DNA of 63,715 nt, filler included, from Octopus bimaculoides (GCF_001194135.2; 9 parts of 6 records of this genome joined end to end with filler, not necessarily neighbours in it); one strand, 5' to 3'; counted from the whole stretch's first letter, positions 24,795-37,984 are shown. Program-made: numbers and translations. The notes: a model not told the origin generated them from the sequence alone.

Positions 24795-25113
24795 AGCACT
24801 CCGTCGGTTACGACGACGAGGGTCCCAGCTGATACGATCAACGGAACAGCCTGCTCGTGAAATTAACGTGCAAGTGGCTGAGTACTCGCCAGACACGTGT
24901 ACACTTCTCGTAACTCTCAGAGAGATTCAGCGTGACACAGAGTGACAAGGCTGGCCCTTTAAAATACAGGTACTACTCATTTTTGCCAGCTGAGTGGACT
25001 GGAGCAACGTGAAATAAAGTGTCTTGCTCACGGACACAACACGTCGCTGGGAATTGAACTCACGACTTTACGATTGTGAGCCGAATGCCCTAACCACTAA
25101 GCCACGCGCCTTC
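24795..25113 (-). mobile_element. Complete tRNA-SINE, family A tail with a different head
   Basis: Head gtgaaggcgcgtggcttagtggttagg (A box)...gagttcaattcc (B box); the 3' half is shared with family A. Confidence 0.85.
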
Positions 25114-25519
25114 ACATGTATGTATGTAGTGTACAACAAAGTAGTTCTGAGAAGTAGCGACCAGTGTAGACGAAGGTGACAGAGAGGGGACACGGCACTT
25201 ACTGGAAGCCAGAGATCGAAAGGTTTTGCAGAGTCAATCTTTTCCAGTCAGACGGATCGGCTTCGATTTCGATGTGGTCTCCAATATTCGGTGCGAGTAG
25301 CGTCGGCATTGTCTCAGATATATAAGATGTTATTGTTTAGGCCAAGGTAAACTCTGGCCTATGATCGAAGACATTCCAGACATGACAATCCAACCTTATT
25401 ACGAACATGTAAAAAATGAGTTTATTTCATGCGTTTTTCCATTATTTAAAGATGTGATCTGAGGAAGATTTGGCTGGTATTTCGAGCAGATTGAGAAACA
25501 CATAGACATGCACACTAAT

Positions 25520-25720
25520 CTTTTACTTGTTTCAGTCATTAGAGTGCGGCCAGGCTGCGGCAGTGCCTTCAAAAATTTTAGTCGAACGAATTGACCCCAG
25601 TACTTACTTTCTTAAAACTTGGTACTTATTCTATCGGTCACTTACACCGAACCGCTAAGTTACGGGAACCTAAACAAACCAACACCGGTTGTCAGACGGT
25701 GGAGAGGGGTCATACACAGA
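25520..25720 (-). mobile_element. tRNA-SINE family C, 3' part
   Basis: Same tail motif as the other copies. Confidence 0.75.
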
Positions 25721-25727
25721 CGCAAAT

Positions 25728-25775
<48 letters not shown>

Positions 25776-26604
25776 NNNNNNNNNNNNNNNNNNNNNNNNN
25801 NNNNNNNNNNNNNNNNNNNTTAATTAATTAANNNNNNNNNNNNNNNNNNNNNNNNNNNNNNNNNNNNNNNNNNNNTTTTGATCGAACTCCGCCCTTTTTT
25901 CCTTCCTACGATCCCTTTTGATCGACACACACCCTCTTTTTTCTCCTTCCCCCTCCCAAAAACAAAAGCTCTACATTGTATTTGTCCCATCTTCGTTGAG
26001 CCCTGTGTGGCTAATAAAAGAAATGTATCTATCTATCTATCGACGTAAATATGTTTGTATCAAAGAACTTTTATACTCCATATAATCAGCTACTACTTGT
26101 AGGAAAGTAATGAGCATCACCCTGGTGCTAATGCATCTCCCTTATGCCCCACCCGTCACATTGAGTCAAAACTTAGCGTGTCAGTCCTCTGTTTGTCTAT
26201 GTCTGCTTGCGACAGCAAAAGCACGGTAATGTTCCAAGCAATACTCGCTCGCGAGTGACAGTTCATTGTACTTCATACGTCTAGGGAAATCTCACTGTCT
26301 GACCATACGAATGATCAAGCATTCAAGTCTATCCGATTATTGATTTTCATGATTATAATTTAATGTGGTAGTAATCCATTACTCCATTACTGTGATCGAA
26401 TACTGTGATCAGTCGCCAGACAAAACTCAAGTCAGTATTCAACACATTGAATTTTAGTAGTTATGTTAAAGTCTTCTATTGCCGAACGAGTTATTGAACT
26501 ATTTCTTTTCATCCATCGAGAAACATAGTCTTATATTATATGTATGTATATATTTGCGCATATACACACTACACACACACACATATACACTCACACAAAT
26601 GTAA

Positions 26605-26667
<63 letters not shown>

Positions 26668-26683
26668 NNNNNNNNNNATATAT

Positions 26684-26746
<63 letters not shown>

Positions 26747-26921
26747 TACATATATTTATATATTAATACATACACACGCTCATACATACATACACACATA
26801 CACTATGAATGTGTGTATGTGTATATATATATTGAATGGAGAAGGTAAATCTGTTCTACAAATATTTCCAAGTCAATTTGAATATATGTTACGTAAATCA
26901 CAGTCGCAACACATATATTTC

Positions 26922-27332
26922 TTTATTGCCCACAAGGAGCTAAACATGGAGGGGACAAACAAGGATAGACAAAGGGATTAAGTCGATTACATCGACCCCA
27001 GTGCGTAACTGGTACTGTATTTATCGAGCCCGAAAGGATGAAGAGCAAAGTCGACCTCGGCGGAATTTGAACTCAGAACGTAACGGCAGAGGAAATACCT
27101 ATTTCTTTATTGCCCACAAGGGGCTACGCACAGAGGGGACAAACAAGGACAGACAAACGGATTAAGTCGATTTTATCGACCTCAGTGCGTAACTGGTACT
27201 TAATTTATCGACCCCGAAAGGATGAAAGGCAAAGTCGACCTCGGCGGAATTTGAACTCAGAACGCAGTGGCAGACGAAATACCGTTAAGCATTTCGCCCG
27301 GCGTGCTAACGATTCTGCCAGTTCGCCGCCTT
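26922..27332 (-). mobile_element. Tandem pair of tRNA-SINE family B
   Basis: Two cores; the second is complete through ggcggcgaactggcagaa. Confidence 0.88.
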
Positions 27333-27393
27333 AAGGCGCAACACACATATTCCGCTTGCAATTCACAGGAAAACAAAGCTAGATATATATTCC

Positions 27394-27565
27394 TGTTATG
27401 TGGACGCCCCCAGGCGATTAGTAGGCTAGTCCAATACGTATAAATAGCTAGAGCGAGCCAGAGCCGTTGGTAGACTAGACGTCGAGTTCTGCAGAGTAGA
27501 GTCATCGGAAGTGAGAGTTGAGTAGAGGTCATCCGCACGGGTGATATAACAGTGGCGACGAAGAT
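27394..27565 (+). mobile_element. Gypsy-type 5' LTR (158 bp) plus primer-binding site
   Basis: TGTTAT...ATAACA termini (27394-27551), CCAAT and TATAAATA at 27431-27446. After one nucleotide comes TGGCGACGAAGAT, a 12/13 match to the complement of the tRNA-Ser(GCU) 3' end (recalled as ATCCTCGTCGCCA). Confidence 0.75.
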
Positions 27566-27955
27566 TTCGTAGCTCACACAGCCACTGTGTAGGATTGCGA
27601 TACAACAATTCCACAGATTGAACACATGTTCAAAGTGGCTTGGAAACATGTAGTACAGGTTTACCTCTGCTAATCCCTACAGCTGTCAATCTATAATCGT
27701 ATAATTTATAATTTTCGTTTCCAAACCGCGTGTTGTATAGTTGCAGTCATCTTACGGAAATTGCCATCTAATTCGATATGGGACGTGTATAACATGCGTT
27801 GATTAATCAATTTTGTTGATCAAGTATCATCTGTTTTGTGTCATTTATACAAGCCGTGTACATGCTTGATGCTAAATAAGTGTCTGTACCAAGAAACTAA
27901 GATCATTTTGGATCTCACCACCCTATTACTACATACATACATGCATACAGACAAG

Positions 27956-27986
<31 letters not shown>

Positions 27987-27989
27987 ATA

Positions 27990-28217
27990 CGAGCTGGCAG
28001 AAACGTTAGCACGCCGGGAGAAATGCTTAGCGGTATTTTCGTCTGCCGCTACGTTCTGAGTTCAAATTCCGCCGAGGTCGACTTTGCCTTTCATCCTTTC
28101 GGGGTTGATTAAATAAGTACCAGTTACGCACTGGGGTCGATATAATCGACTTAATCCGTTTGTCTGTCCTTGTTTGTCCCCTCTGTGTGTAGCCCCTTGT
28201 GGGTAGTAAAGAAATAA
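27990..28217 (+). mobile_element. tRNA-SINE family B
   Basis: gagctggcagaaacgttagc...gggtagtaaagaaataa. Confidence 0.88.
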
Positions 28218-28499
28218 CACACACATATACATTCACACAAACGCACATACATTCGTACACATCTGCGCTCTCACACACACATTAGGTTACATATATATAC
28301 ATGTACAAGCATGACGAGCATAAAATATGTACACGCACACACACACACACACGCTTATATACTTCGTAAACATAAACTTAGGATCACGTGGATTACACAC
28401 TTGGCAAATTCTTGAGCGTTCGGGCATAAAGTTTTTCAGGTTTCGAATCAAAGAAACGTTCAATATCATTTTAATCGCTTCTCAATTAATAAACTGTTT

Positions 28500-29530
28500 T
28501 CCCTCTAAATAATGTTACAATGATCTGAAAAGATGATAGTCAGATGGAACAATGTCAGAAAAGTAGGAAGAATGAAGCAAAACGTCCTTATTTCGTTTCA
28601 TCAACCTTCTTGAGTGATTTGGTGAATATGTCTCTTGTATTATCGTGAACAACAGCTCTTTGCAAGTGACAAATGATGGGCGATTTTTCTGCAAATTTTT
28701 CTGCAATGTTTACAACCGACGACAATACTTCTCCACATTAACTGTTTCTTTTCTTTTTATTTCGCTAGACGTCTATAAAATTGAAATATGAGAATATTTC
28801 ATAAAAAAAGATATGATGCACCATTTACAAAGAAGAGAATAAAAAGTTCTTTGAAATGGAATAATGTAGTTCATTATGGAGAATCCATTATTCAGCTAGT
28901 TGAGGCCATCGAGAAGGATTATAACAAAATATATCATCCTTGTCATGACGGCCTCTAAGAGGAAGCCGTCATGACCGTTATACAAGTCGTTCGTTTTATT
29001 TTATTTACGAATTTTAAAAATAATTTTAATGTTACTAAAAATGTTTCGTGGTAGACAACATCATCCATATCTCACTTTTCTGGTGTATAGCTCTGATTTG
29101 GAGAATATATTCTCGTTCTTTATTGGATGCTAATCATCTTCGTTTTCATCGGCTATGATTAAAGAGAAGGTGGTTATAATACCCATGAAAGATTCGAGAG
29201 CAAGTCTACACTTCAATAACGATCAAAGTGCAACAATTTGATTCAGCTGAGAAGCAGATATATGATGAGAGAACCACTGACTAAGTTTCCAGATATTTCG
29301 AAGTTCATGAAGGTACTTTACTATGTAAGTGTGACTTCAATTGAACTGTTTTGCTAATTCTTGTGGTGATTACTTTCAATTATCCTCAACTACGATTTTT
29401 AGAATCTCAATATTGACAGAACTTGGTCATTCAAATTGAGACGAAACTTCAAGAAAAGAATTCGCCGAACGACATTGCCCAAACCATCGTTGGCGTGCTT
29501 GTTCGCTCAAGACAGAAAGAATAATGTTAG
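28500..29530 (-). mobile_element. Decayed mariner transposase
   Basis: ERARQRWF..CRSAN (HTH), PELYTRK..DMDDVVYHE, and HSSYFSDIVPSDYHLFRSL. Confidence 0.7.
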
Positions 29531-29938
29531 CCGATTCCATTGCTGAAGACTCCATTTTGAATTCCTACAACAAGTATTGTCTTAAATGGGTACGACCTAT
29601 AGGTATTTTGAAAGGGCAAATGCAATATAAATGCACCCACACTGGTAGCAGATAATCTACAAAAAGAAAAAAGAAAAAGAGAAAAAAATGACTATAAAAA
29701 TTAATGCTTAATATACCGTAAATATTAAAAAACTACGCTCAAAAGGATTCAAACATGCAACAGAGCTTTCATTGCAAACACCTAGCATGTGCATATATGT
29801 ATGTTGGTTTATATACTTACATATATACCTATATATATNNNNNNNNNNNNNNNNNNNNNNNNNNNNNNNNNNNNNNNNNNNNTTAATTAATTAANNNNNN
29901 NNNNNNNNNNNNNNNNNNNNNNNNNNNNNNNNNNNNNN

Positions 29939-29972
<34 letters not shown>

Positions 29973-30026
29973 CAAATCAGAAATTAAAAAAAAACATGTA
30001 AAAAACAACAAAAGTCAATTAGACTA

Positions 30027-30252
30027 CACAGTGAATATATTAGATTGAATGCTGTAAAAGTTTTAGATGGAAAAATAGGAGTGGAAATGACGTTTTGAGC
30101 ATGAGTTTTGTTGGAAAAAGGAATATGTCCAAAGAAGATGGGAAAAGAGGAAGGAACAGAGTCTGGAGAAAAGCATGTAAGTCCTTATATTTTGGCCATG
30201 TATTTTGCCATCTAAAACTTTCACTGAACATCAATCTAATATATTCACTGTG
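30027..30252. mobile_element. MITE, 226 bp, with TA flanks
   Basis: Perfect 22-bp TIR CACAGTGAATATATTAGATTGA, extending imperfectly to ~50 bp. Confidence 0.85.
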
Positions 30253-30594
30253 TACGTCAAATTGAGTTTTGTTGGGGTCTTTTTTCTTCCTGTCCTGTAA
30301 TTTTGATCTGCTCACACAGATCTTCTATGTCCATCCATACGTACAGGCATGTTCTTTATGGTCATAATCATCACTCCCCCCACCACACGCACACACACAC
30401 ACATCTAATTCTGTCCTCTGGCAAAACTCACCCACAACCCATCTCCCCAAAACACCCACCATCCACTGCAGGCCCCTCCAGGTCCTCTCAACATTACTTG
30501 CTATCTTTAAGTATCTCACCTCACATTCTTATGGTACATTGCTATCCCTTCTGTGCTATTTATACTCCCTCCTCCACTATTCTATGTGGCGAGG

Positions 30595-30635
<41 letters not shown>

Positions 30636-30844
30636 ACATGCTCTGACTGTCTCTACTTTCTCTTTCTCTCTCCCACATCCTTCTGTTTCCTTGTCCTACT
30701 GGGATAGCCAAGCATCTCTTGTGTAGTAATGTGGATACCCCTGTCTCTCTATCATACTACAACCTAGCACATGGCCACTTCTCTGGGTTTCTCTCCCTTT
30801 CTCAGCAGAATCATCCATGTCTTGCAAGCTACTTGTCAACCTCA

Positions 30845-31275
30845 CAGCTCCTGGCGCCACATAAAAAGCACCAGTGCTAGCACCACATAAAAAACACTTG
30901 TGCTGGTGCACGTAAAATGCACTTAGTACACTTTGTAAAGTGGTTGACATCAGGAAGGGCATCCAGCCATAGAAGCCATGCCAAAACAGACGACTGGAGC
31001 TGGGTGCAGCTCTCCAGCTTGCCGGCTCCTGTGAAACCATCCAATGTATACCAGCATGGAAAATAGATGTTAAACAATGATGATGATATATCATCATCAT
31101 CATCATTTGACATTCACCTCCATGCTGGTATGAGTTGGATGGTTTGATGGGAGGCAGCCAGATAGAAGACTATACCAGGTTACTGTGTTTTGGCATGGTT
31201 TCTATGGCTGAATCCCCTTCCAGATGCCAACCACCCCACAGAGTGGACTGAGTGATTTTTATATGGCACCAGCAC
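30845..31275. mobile_element. Tail-to-tail pair of RTE-tailed SINE-like repeats sharing a (GAT)n tail
   Basis: Plus copy ...ggaagggcatccagcc...ccagcatggaaaatagatgttaaacaatgatgatg; inverted diverged copy at 31091-31275. Confidence 0.7.
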
Positions 31276-31306
31276 AGGCAAGGATATAATGATCTATATC
31301 TATCTA

Positions 31307-31401
<95 letters not shown>

Positions 31402-31412
31402 CTCTATCTATC

Positions 31413-31445
<33 letters not shown>

Positions 31446-31990
31446 CAATCAAAAATACTTGGCAGCGCTTCTTCAGGCTTTGCCGTCTGTGTTCAAATGG
31501 TGCCAAGGTTGACTTTGACTTTCATCCTTTCAGAGACAAAAAAAAACAAAACTACCGGTTTCGTACTGGGGTCTATGTAATTGACTATCCTCATCCCCAA
31601 AATTTCAGATCTTGTGCCTATAGTAGGAAGAATGTCTATTCTGTATTTTATACACACACACACTTACACACATGCATAAAATGTGTGCATGTGTGTGTAT
31701 CTATATGTGCATGCACGCGAAACACTTGCATTCTCATAGCAATGTTAGAAATTATCAAGACGGTGGGTTGGTAGAACTGCTGCAGTGCCAGATAAATTAC
31801 TTTGTGATATATTCCTTCTGGTTCTTCACGTTCCGTGTTCAAATCCCACCGATTTGTCTTTCATCCTTTTGGGATTAATAAAATAGAGTAGCAGTCAAAC
31901 GCTGGCACAGATTTAAATGACAATCCTCTCTCCTTAGTATTGCTGGCCTTCTGCCTAACTTGAAAACATTATCGTTATTATTATTATTAT

Positions 31991-32275
31991 TCAGTAGTTT
32001 TATTTTTATAACGTGCTTTCACTTCACTACCGAGCGCAGCTCTGTGTACCTTGGATATATGCTGTTGTTTGTTGTGATGCTCTTATGGTTACTGTATTGA
32101 AAGTGTTTTGCGTAGGATGTGTGCAGTGCCCAGTAGTGCAATTTTCTGTATGTTATATATATTTGTAAGTCCTGGTGTTTTTGTTATGTATTTGTCTGAA
32201 TATTTTTTTATCATACCTAAGGCGTCTACTATGGATAGGAATTGTTTCTGTTTTTAGATTTCATATTCAAGTTTA
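31991..32275 (-). mobile_element. R4/Dong-like non-LTR retroelement 3' end in (TAA)n
   Basis: IVDALGMIKKYSDKYITKTPGLTNIYNIQKIALLGTAHILRKTLSIQ* (stop at 32089-32091), short 3' UTR, TAA repeats on both sides. Confidence 0.85.
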
Positions 32276-32389
32276 TTATGATCATTATTATTATTATTAT
32301 TATTATATGGAAAGTATTAGATTTCTCCGAGATCAGTAAGGTACCAGTAACATACTAAGTTTAATTGAATCGATTAACCACTCCCATAT

Positions 32390-32900
32390 GTCTTTATGTT
32401 AGAAGTGATTACAACAAAGGCAGTGGATAGCAGAATCAGTAGAGGACTGGTCATGTTCTGAGGTCAAATCTTGCCGGGGTTGATTTTACATTTCATCTTT
32501 TCAAGAGAGATAAATGCCTTCTGATTTTTAGGCGCAAGATGAGGAATTTTGAGAAGGTGTTAGTTGATACCATTGATCCCAGTGTTTGACTTTATCGAGC
32601 CTGAAAGGGCAGAATTTGAACTCAGAATGTAAAGAGATGGAACAAATACTGTAAAGTTCTAACGATTCTTATTTCTTTATTGCTCACAAGGGGTTAAACA
32701 TAGAGGGGACAAACAGGGACTGACAAAGGGAATAAGTCGATTACATCAACTCCAGTGCGTAACTGGTACTTAATTTATCGACCCCAAAAGGATGAAAGGC
32801 AAAGTTAACCTCTGCGGAATTTGAACTCAGAACGTAACGGCAGACGAAATACCACTAAGTATTTCGTCCAGCGTGCTAATGATTCTGCCATCTCATCACT
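32390..32900. mobile_element. Cluster of SINE family B fragments
   Basis: Repeated gaatttgaactcagaa and ttatcgacccc..aaggatgaaaggc cores. Confidence 0.75.
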
Positions 32901-33206
32901 CTCTTTCCAGGCCGAAATAAATAACTGTCATCTACTGTGGACAGTTTAATTGGCTAAATTCTTCTCTTTATTGCCTATAAAATACCTTGGATGTGAATGG
33001 AATGAAGGACATTGTACAGATTCTACAAAATTATCATTAAAAAATAAATAATTTTTTTCTAATTTTTGGTCAGCAATTNNNNNNNNNNNNNNNNNNNNNN
33101 NNNNNNNNNNNNNNNNNNNNNNTTAATTAATTAANNNNNNNNNNNNNNNNNNNNNNNNNNNNNNNNNNNNNNNNNNNNATATATATATATATATATATAT
33201 ATATAT

Positions 33207-33550
33207 GGGAAATGAGAAAATGGAGGAGAATATGCAGTACCCATCGACTTGCAGACAATGTATTCCGTTGATTAATCTGTTTATTTTATAACTAAATTGA
33301 CAAAAAAACACAATATACAGACACTTATGACATACCATGTCATATTAACAATTAAGATTTCAAATATAAAGAACATTTAGCAATCGGAGAAGGGACAGAA
33401 ACTTACAGCTGTTTCGGCCTAGCGTTGGCATGCCCCATTCTATCTCTATAGCTCCTGTACGCCGGTGTAATTAGTAGATGAAAATAATGTAATGGAGCTA
33501 CATGCATGATTCGCTAGGCCTCTTCAGAGATTTACAAAATTCACTACAAA
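33207..33550 (-). mobile_element. ~340-bp element between AT-rich microsatellites with a 5' hammerhead
   Basis: Bounded by (TA)n and (TATAA)n; ribozyme near the 5' end and AATAAA downstream on the minus strand. Confidence 0.55.
33399..33535 (-). ncRNA. Type I hammerhead ribozyme with intact core and extended stem II
   Basis: Minus strand: aaatct-CTGAAGA-GGCCTAGCG-(87 nt)-CGCTAGGCC-GAAAC-AGCT-GTA-agttt. Perfect 9-bp stem II base, palindromic stem III loop, GUA cleavage triplet, weak stem I. Confidence 0.75.
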
Positions 33551-33760
33551 TATAATATAATATAATATAATATAATATATATATATATATATTATCGACC
33601 ACACATCCTTAACACTTGGCGGGGTAGAAATTACTCTCTCAAAGCGCCTGGAGTTAAAACACCTGAAAATAATGAACAAGCAGGACAACTCACCGCAAAT
33701 CCCATTCAGGAGTGACGGACATCCATGTTTCGCCATTTTTGTAGCTTATATATGGGTGGC

Positions 33761-33820
<60 letters not shown>

Positions 33821-34574
33821 NNNNNNNNNNNNNNNNNNNNNNNNNNNNNNNNNNNNNNNNNNNNNNNNNNNNNNNNNNNNNNNNNNNNNNNNNNNNNNNN
33901 NNNNNNNNNNNNNNNNNNNNNNNNNNNNNNNNNNNNNNNNNNNNNNNNNNNNNNNNNNNNNNNNNNNNNNNNNNNNNNNNNNNNNNNNNNNNNNNNNNNN
34001 NNNNNNNNNNNNNNNNNNNNNNNNNNNNNNNNNNNNNNNNNNNNNNNNNNNNNNNNNNNNNNNNNNNNNNNNNNNNNNNNNNNNNNNNNNNNNNNNNNNN
34101 NNNNNNNNNNNNNNNNNNNNNNNNNNNNNNNNNNNATATATATATATATAAAATGATTTATAAAATGCAAAACGAATCCATTAATGTATTTGTCGTGTTA
34201 CAATAAAGCTTAACATTAAAAGCAACGTAAATTTTCTGTAGCTCTTAAATGTTTTTACAAGGAATTCTATTGTTGTCTGAATGAATTTTCACTTTAACTT
34301 CGTGAAACTGTAAATATAAATATATTTCGGCTGTTGTATATGGTATTGTAATTTAAAATGTGTAGTACTAATTTTTACTAGTTAGTCATATCGCTGCAAT
34401 TGCCATTTACATTCGAGAAATGGGATTTACAAGTACCATTAGTATATAAAAAACTTAAATATGGATCCTGCATGGTACAAAATGAAATTCATGGGAAGAA
34501 AGGATGACACCATAAATAACCATACTGGGTGGCACCATCTGTAGTTACGTGACTAATGAAGATGATAATATTCT

Positions 34575-34950
34575 TTCTACTATAGGCACAAGGCCTGAAG
34601 TTTCGAAATAGTGGGGTAGTCGATTACATCGATTCCAGTGCTCAACTGGTATTTTGTCGACCCAGGCGGAATTTGAAATCAGAATGTAAAGCTGGAATAA
34701 ATGCCGCTAAGCATTTTGTCCGCCATGCTAACAATTTTGACAGCTTGCCACTTTTATGAGGATGATAATATTGGTTTCAAATTTTAGCACAAAGCCAGCA
34801 GTTTCGAGGAAGTTAAGTCGATTGCATCGACTTATTGCTTAACTGGATCTTATTTTATCGATCCAGAAAAGATGAAAGGCATAGTCAACTCCGGCGGAAT
34901 TTGAACTCAGAACGTAAAGCCGGTCGAAAAGCCGCTATGCATTTCGCCCA
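34575..34950 (-). mobile_element. Two diverged SINE family B copies
   Basis: ggcggaatttgaa.tcagaa cores. Confidence 0.7.
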
Positions 34951-34984
34951 TAGGATGATAACATTAACATGAAGTGTAGATTCT

Positions 34985-35270
34985 CTTGGACTTGTAACCG
35001 CTACTTCATATTGCATCACAGAGGATACACATTTGCAGTTCTAAAGCAAAAGATAGCTATGAAATATCTTATGAACAAATGGAATTGAAACCTTTAAACT
35101 TCCAAGATACAACAACAAATGTCAATTATGTCCACTTTTCGGTGGAGGAAATAACTCACGTAGCCAGCAACTGCCCCAAAATGTCATCGGGATACTACCA
35201 TCTACTGCTGTATGATGTTGTTACGAAAGCAATATATTAATGCTATTCGAAAGAAAAAACTTGCATCGGA
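34985..35270 (+). mobile_element. R4/Dong-like fragment (CCHC region)
   Basis: NNKCQLCPL..EEITHVASNCPKMSSGYY...YDVVTKAIY; paralogous to 42690-43160. Confidence 0.75.
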
Positions 35271-35314
35271 ATAAATATAAACAACGTCTCAGCTACTCAA
35301 TACGCATATATAGG

Positions 35315-35474
35315 TGCAGGCGCGAATGTGTGGTAAGAAGCTTGCTTCCCAACCACACAGTTCCATGTTCAGTCCCACTGCATGTCACCTTGGGCACGTG
35401 TTTTCTACTGTAACCTCGGGCCGATTAAAGCCTTGTTAGTAGATTTGGTAGAGGAAAACCGAAAGAATCCCGTC

Positions 35475-35510
<36 letters not shown>

Positions 35511-36230
35511 NNNNNNNNNNNNNNNNNNNNNNNNNNNNNNNNNNNNNNNNNNNNNNNNNNNNNNNNNNNNNNNNNNNNNNNNNNNNNNNNNNNNNNNNNN
35601 NNNNNNNNNNNNNNNNNNNNNNNNNNNNNNNNNNNNNNNNNNNNNNNNNNNNNNNNNNNNNNNNNNNNNNNNNNNNNNNNNNNNNNNNNNNNNNNNNNNN
35701 NNNNNNNNNNNNNNNNNNNNNNNNNNNNNNNNNNNNNNNNNNNNNNNNNNNNNNNNNNNNNNNNNNNNNNNNNNNNNNNNNNNNNNNNNNNNNNNNNNNN
35801 NNNNNNNNNNNNNNNNNNNNNNNNNNNNNNNNNNNNNNNNNNNNNNNNNNNNNNNNNNNNNNNNNNNNNNNNNNNNNNNNNNNNNNNNNNNNNNNNNNNN
35901 NNNNNNNNNNNNNNNNNNNNNNNNNNNNNNNNNNNNNNNNNNNNNNNNNNNNNNNNNNNNNNNNNNNNNNNNNNNNNNNNNNNNNNNNNNNNNNNNNNNN
36001 NNNNNNNNNNNNNNNNNNNNNNNNNNNNNNNNNNNNNNNNNNNNNNNNNNNNNNNNNNNNNNNNNNNNNNNNNNNNNNNNNNNNNNNNNNTTAAAGAATA
36101 AATAGTTGAATTGATTTGTTCCACTAAACGCTAAACGTCCTGGAGTCCATTTGTTCGACTAAAACCCTTCAAGGCGGTGCTCCAGAGAGGGTGCTGTCAA
36201 TTGATTGAAACAAGTAAAAGATAATATATA
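35315..36230 (+). mobile_element. tRNA-SINE family C spanning an internal (AT)n tract and a gap
   Basis: Head at 35315-35476; tail ...caaggcggtgctccag...gaaacaagtaaaag ending near 36220. Confidence 0.6.
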
Positions 36231-36249
36231 TTCTTTTATTCTTCTATTT

Positions 36250-36470
36250 CTTTTACTTATTTCAGTCATTTGACTGCGGCCATGCTGGAGCACCACCTTA
36301 ATGGGTTTTAGTCGAAGAAATCGAGCCTATGACTTATTCTTTCTAAGCCTAGTACTTATTCTATTGGACACTTTTGCCGAGCCGCTAGGTTAAGGGGACA
36401 TAAACACACCAGCTTCGGTTGTCAAGCGATAGCGGGGAGGGGGGGGACAAACACAGACAAGGACACACAC
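36250..36470 (-). mobile_element. tRNA-SINE family C, 3' part
   Basis: Same tail motif. Confidence 0.8.
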
Positions 36471-37984
36471 ACACATAAATATAGTATAAATACATACATA
36501 CATACATACATACATACATACATACATACATACGAGCGTCCAATAACACAATATTTGTATCACGTCCTCGCGTTGTTGTTTTTTTGTCGTTTTTCTTGTT
36601 TGAACTCACTACATATATATATATATAAATANNNNNNNNNNNNNNNNNNNNNNNNNNNNNNNNNNNNNNNNNNNNNNNNNNNNNNNNNNNNNNNNNNNNN
36701 NNNNNNNNNNNNNNNNNNNNNNNNNNNNNNNNNNNNNNNNNNNNNNNNNNNNNNNNNNNNNNNNNNNNNNNNNNNNNNNNNNNNNNNNNNNNNNNNNNNN
36801 NNNNNNNNNNNNNNNNNNNNNNNNNNNNNNNNNNNNNNNNNNNNNNNNNNNNNNNNNNNNNNNNNNNNNNNNNNNNNNNNNNNNNNNNNNNNNNNNNNNN
36901 NNNNNNNNNNNNNNNNNNNNNNNNNNNNNNNNNNNNNNNNNNNNNNNNNNNNNNNNNNNNNNNNNNNNNNNNNNNNNNNNNNNNNNNNNNNNNNNNNNNN
37001 NNNNNNNNNNNNNNNNNNNNNNNNNNNNNNNNNNNNNNNNNNNNNNNNNNNNNNNNNNNNNNNNNNNNNNNNNNNNNNNNNNNNNNNNNNNNNNNNNNNN
37101 NNNNNNNNNNNNNNNNNNNNNNNNNNNNNNNNNNNNNNNNNNNNNNNNNNNNNNNNNNNNNNNNNNNNNNNNNNNNNNNNNNNNNNNNNNNNNNNNNNNN
37201 NATATGCGTATAAATTACGATTAAACCGGATGAAATATGTCACAGGGAATAACATTTTTATGACCGCCCAGCAGTAACTCTATTCAGCTGAATAGACGTC
37301 AGTGATTGGTTGAAATTACAGAAATACGACAACTTTAACATGGAATAACTTGCGATGTACGTTTTTTTGTTAAGAAGACTAAGAGTAAAAGATGTTTTAT
37401 ATGACACATTCTACCAGTGTCCCAAGTTTCAAAGTGTTTCGTTAGTGTTTCGTTAAGAAAATACTGGTGCCCCCGTTTTGAAATAGATCCCGGGCTTCTT
37501 TCAGTTTCTGTCTACCAAATTCACTTACAAGGCTTTGGTCGGCCCAAGGCCAAGGTGTCATGTGGATGGGAAGCAAGCTTCTTACCACACAGCTAACACA
37601 CACGCGCATTCACACGCATACCATACACGTACACGTACACACACATACTCTTAGTTCGAAAAGTTGGATGTATAAGTCCAAAGAACGTTGTTCGCAACAC
37701 GCAGACGATAAGCTACTTGCGTGTAAGCTAAGTAGCACCATTTTCCACAGTGCCAAGAGTTGTTATCTCCCTGCAGAACGGTAGAGTTAAGTAGAAATTA
37801 ACGGAGACTAACGAGCCGGAACCAATTTTTTCCTCCTTTTTTTTCGTAATTTATACTGTTTTGCCGACATCTTGAAGTATATTCTCACAGCAAGACTGAC
37901 TATAGGTGTGTCAAAGAAATAAATTGTCTTTCGTAGTCTTACTGAACACGTTTACACGAGGATATGTGTGTGCGTGTGTGTGTG

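Noticed and set aside
35382-37277. Long ORFs made of X residues
   Set aside because: They are open only because they cross N gaps.
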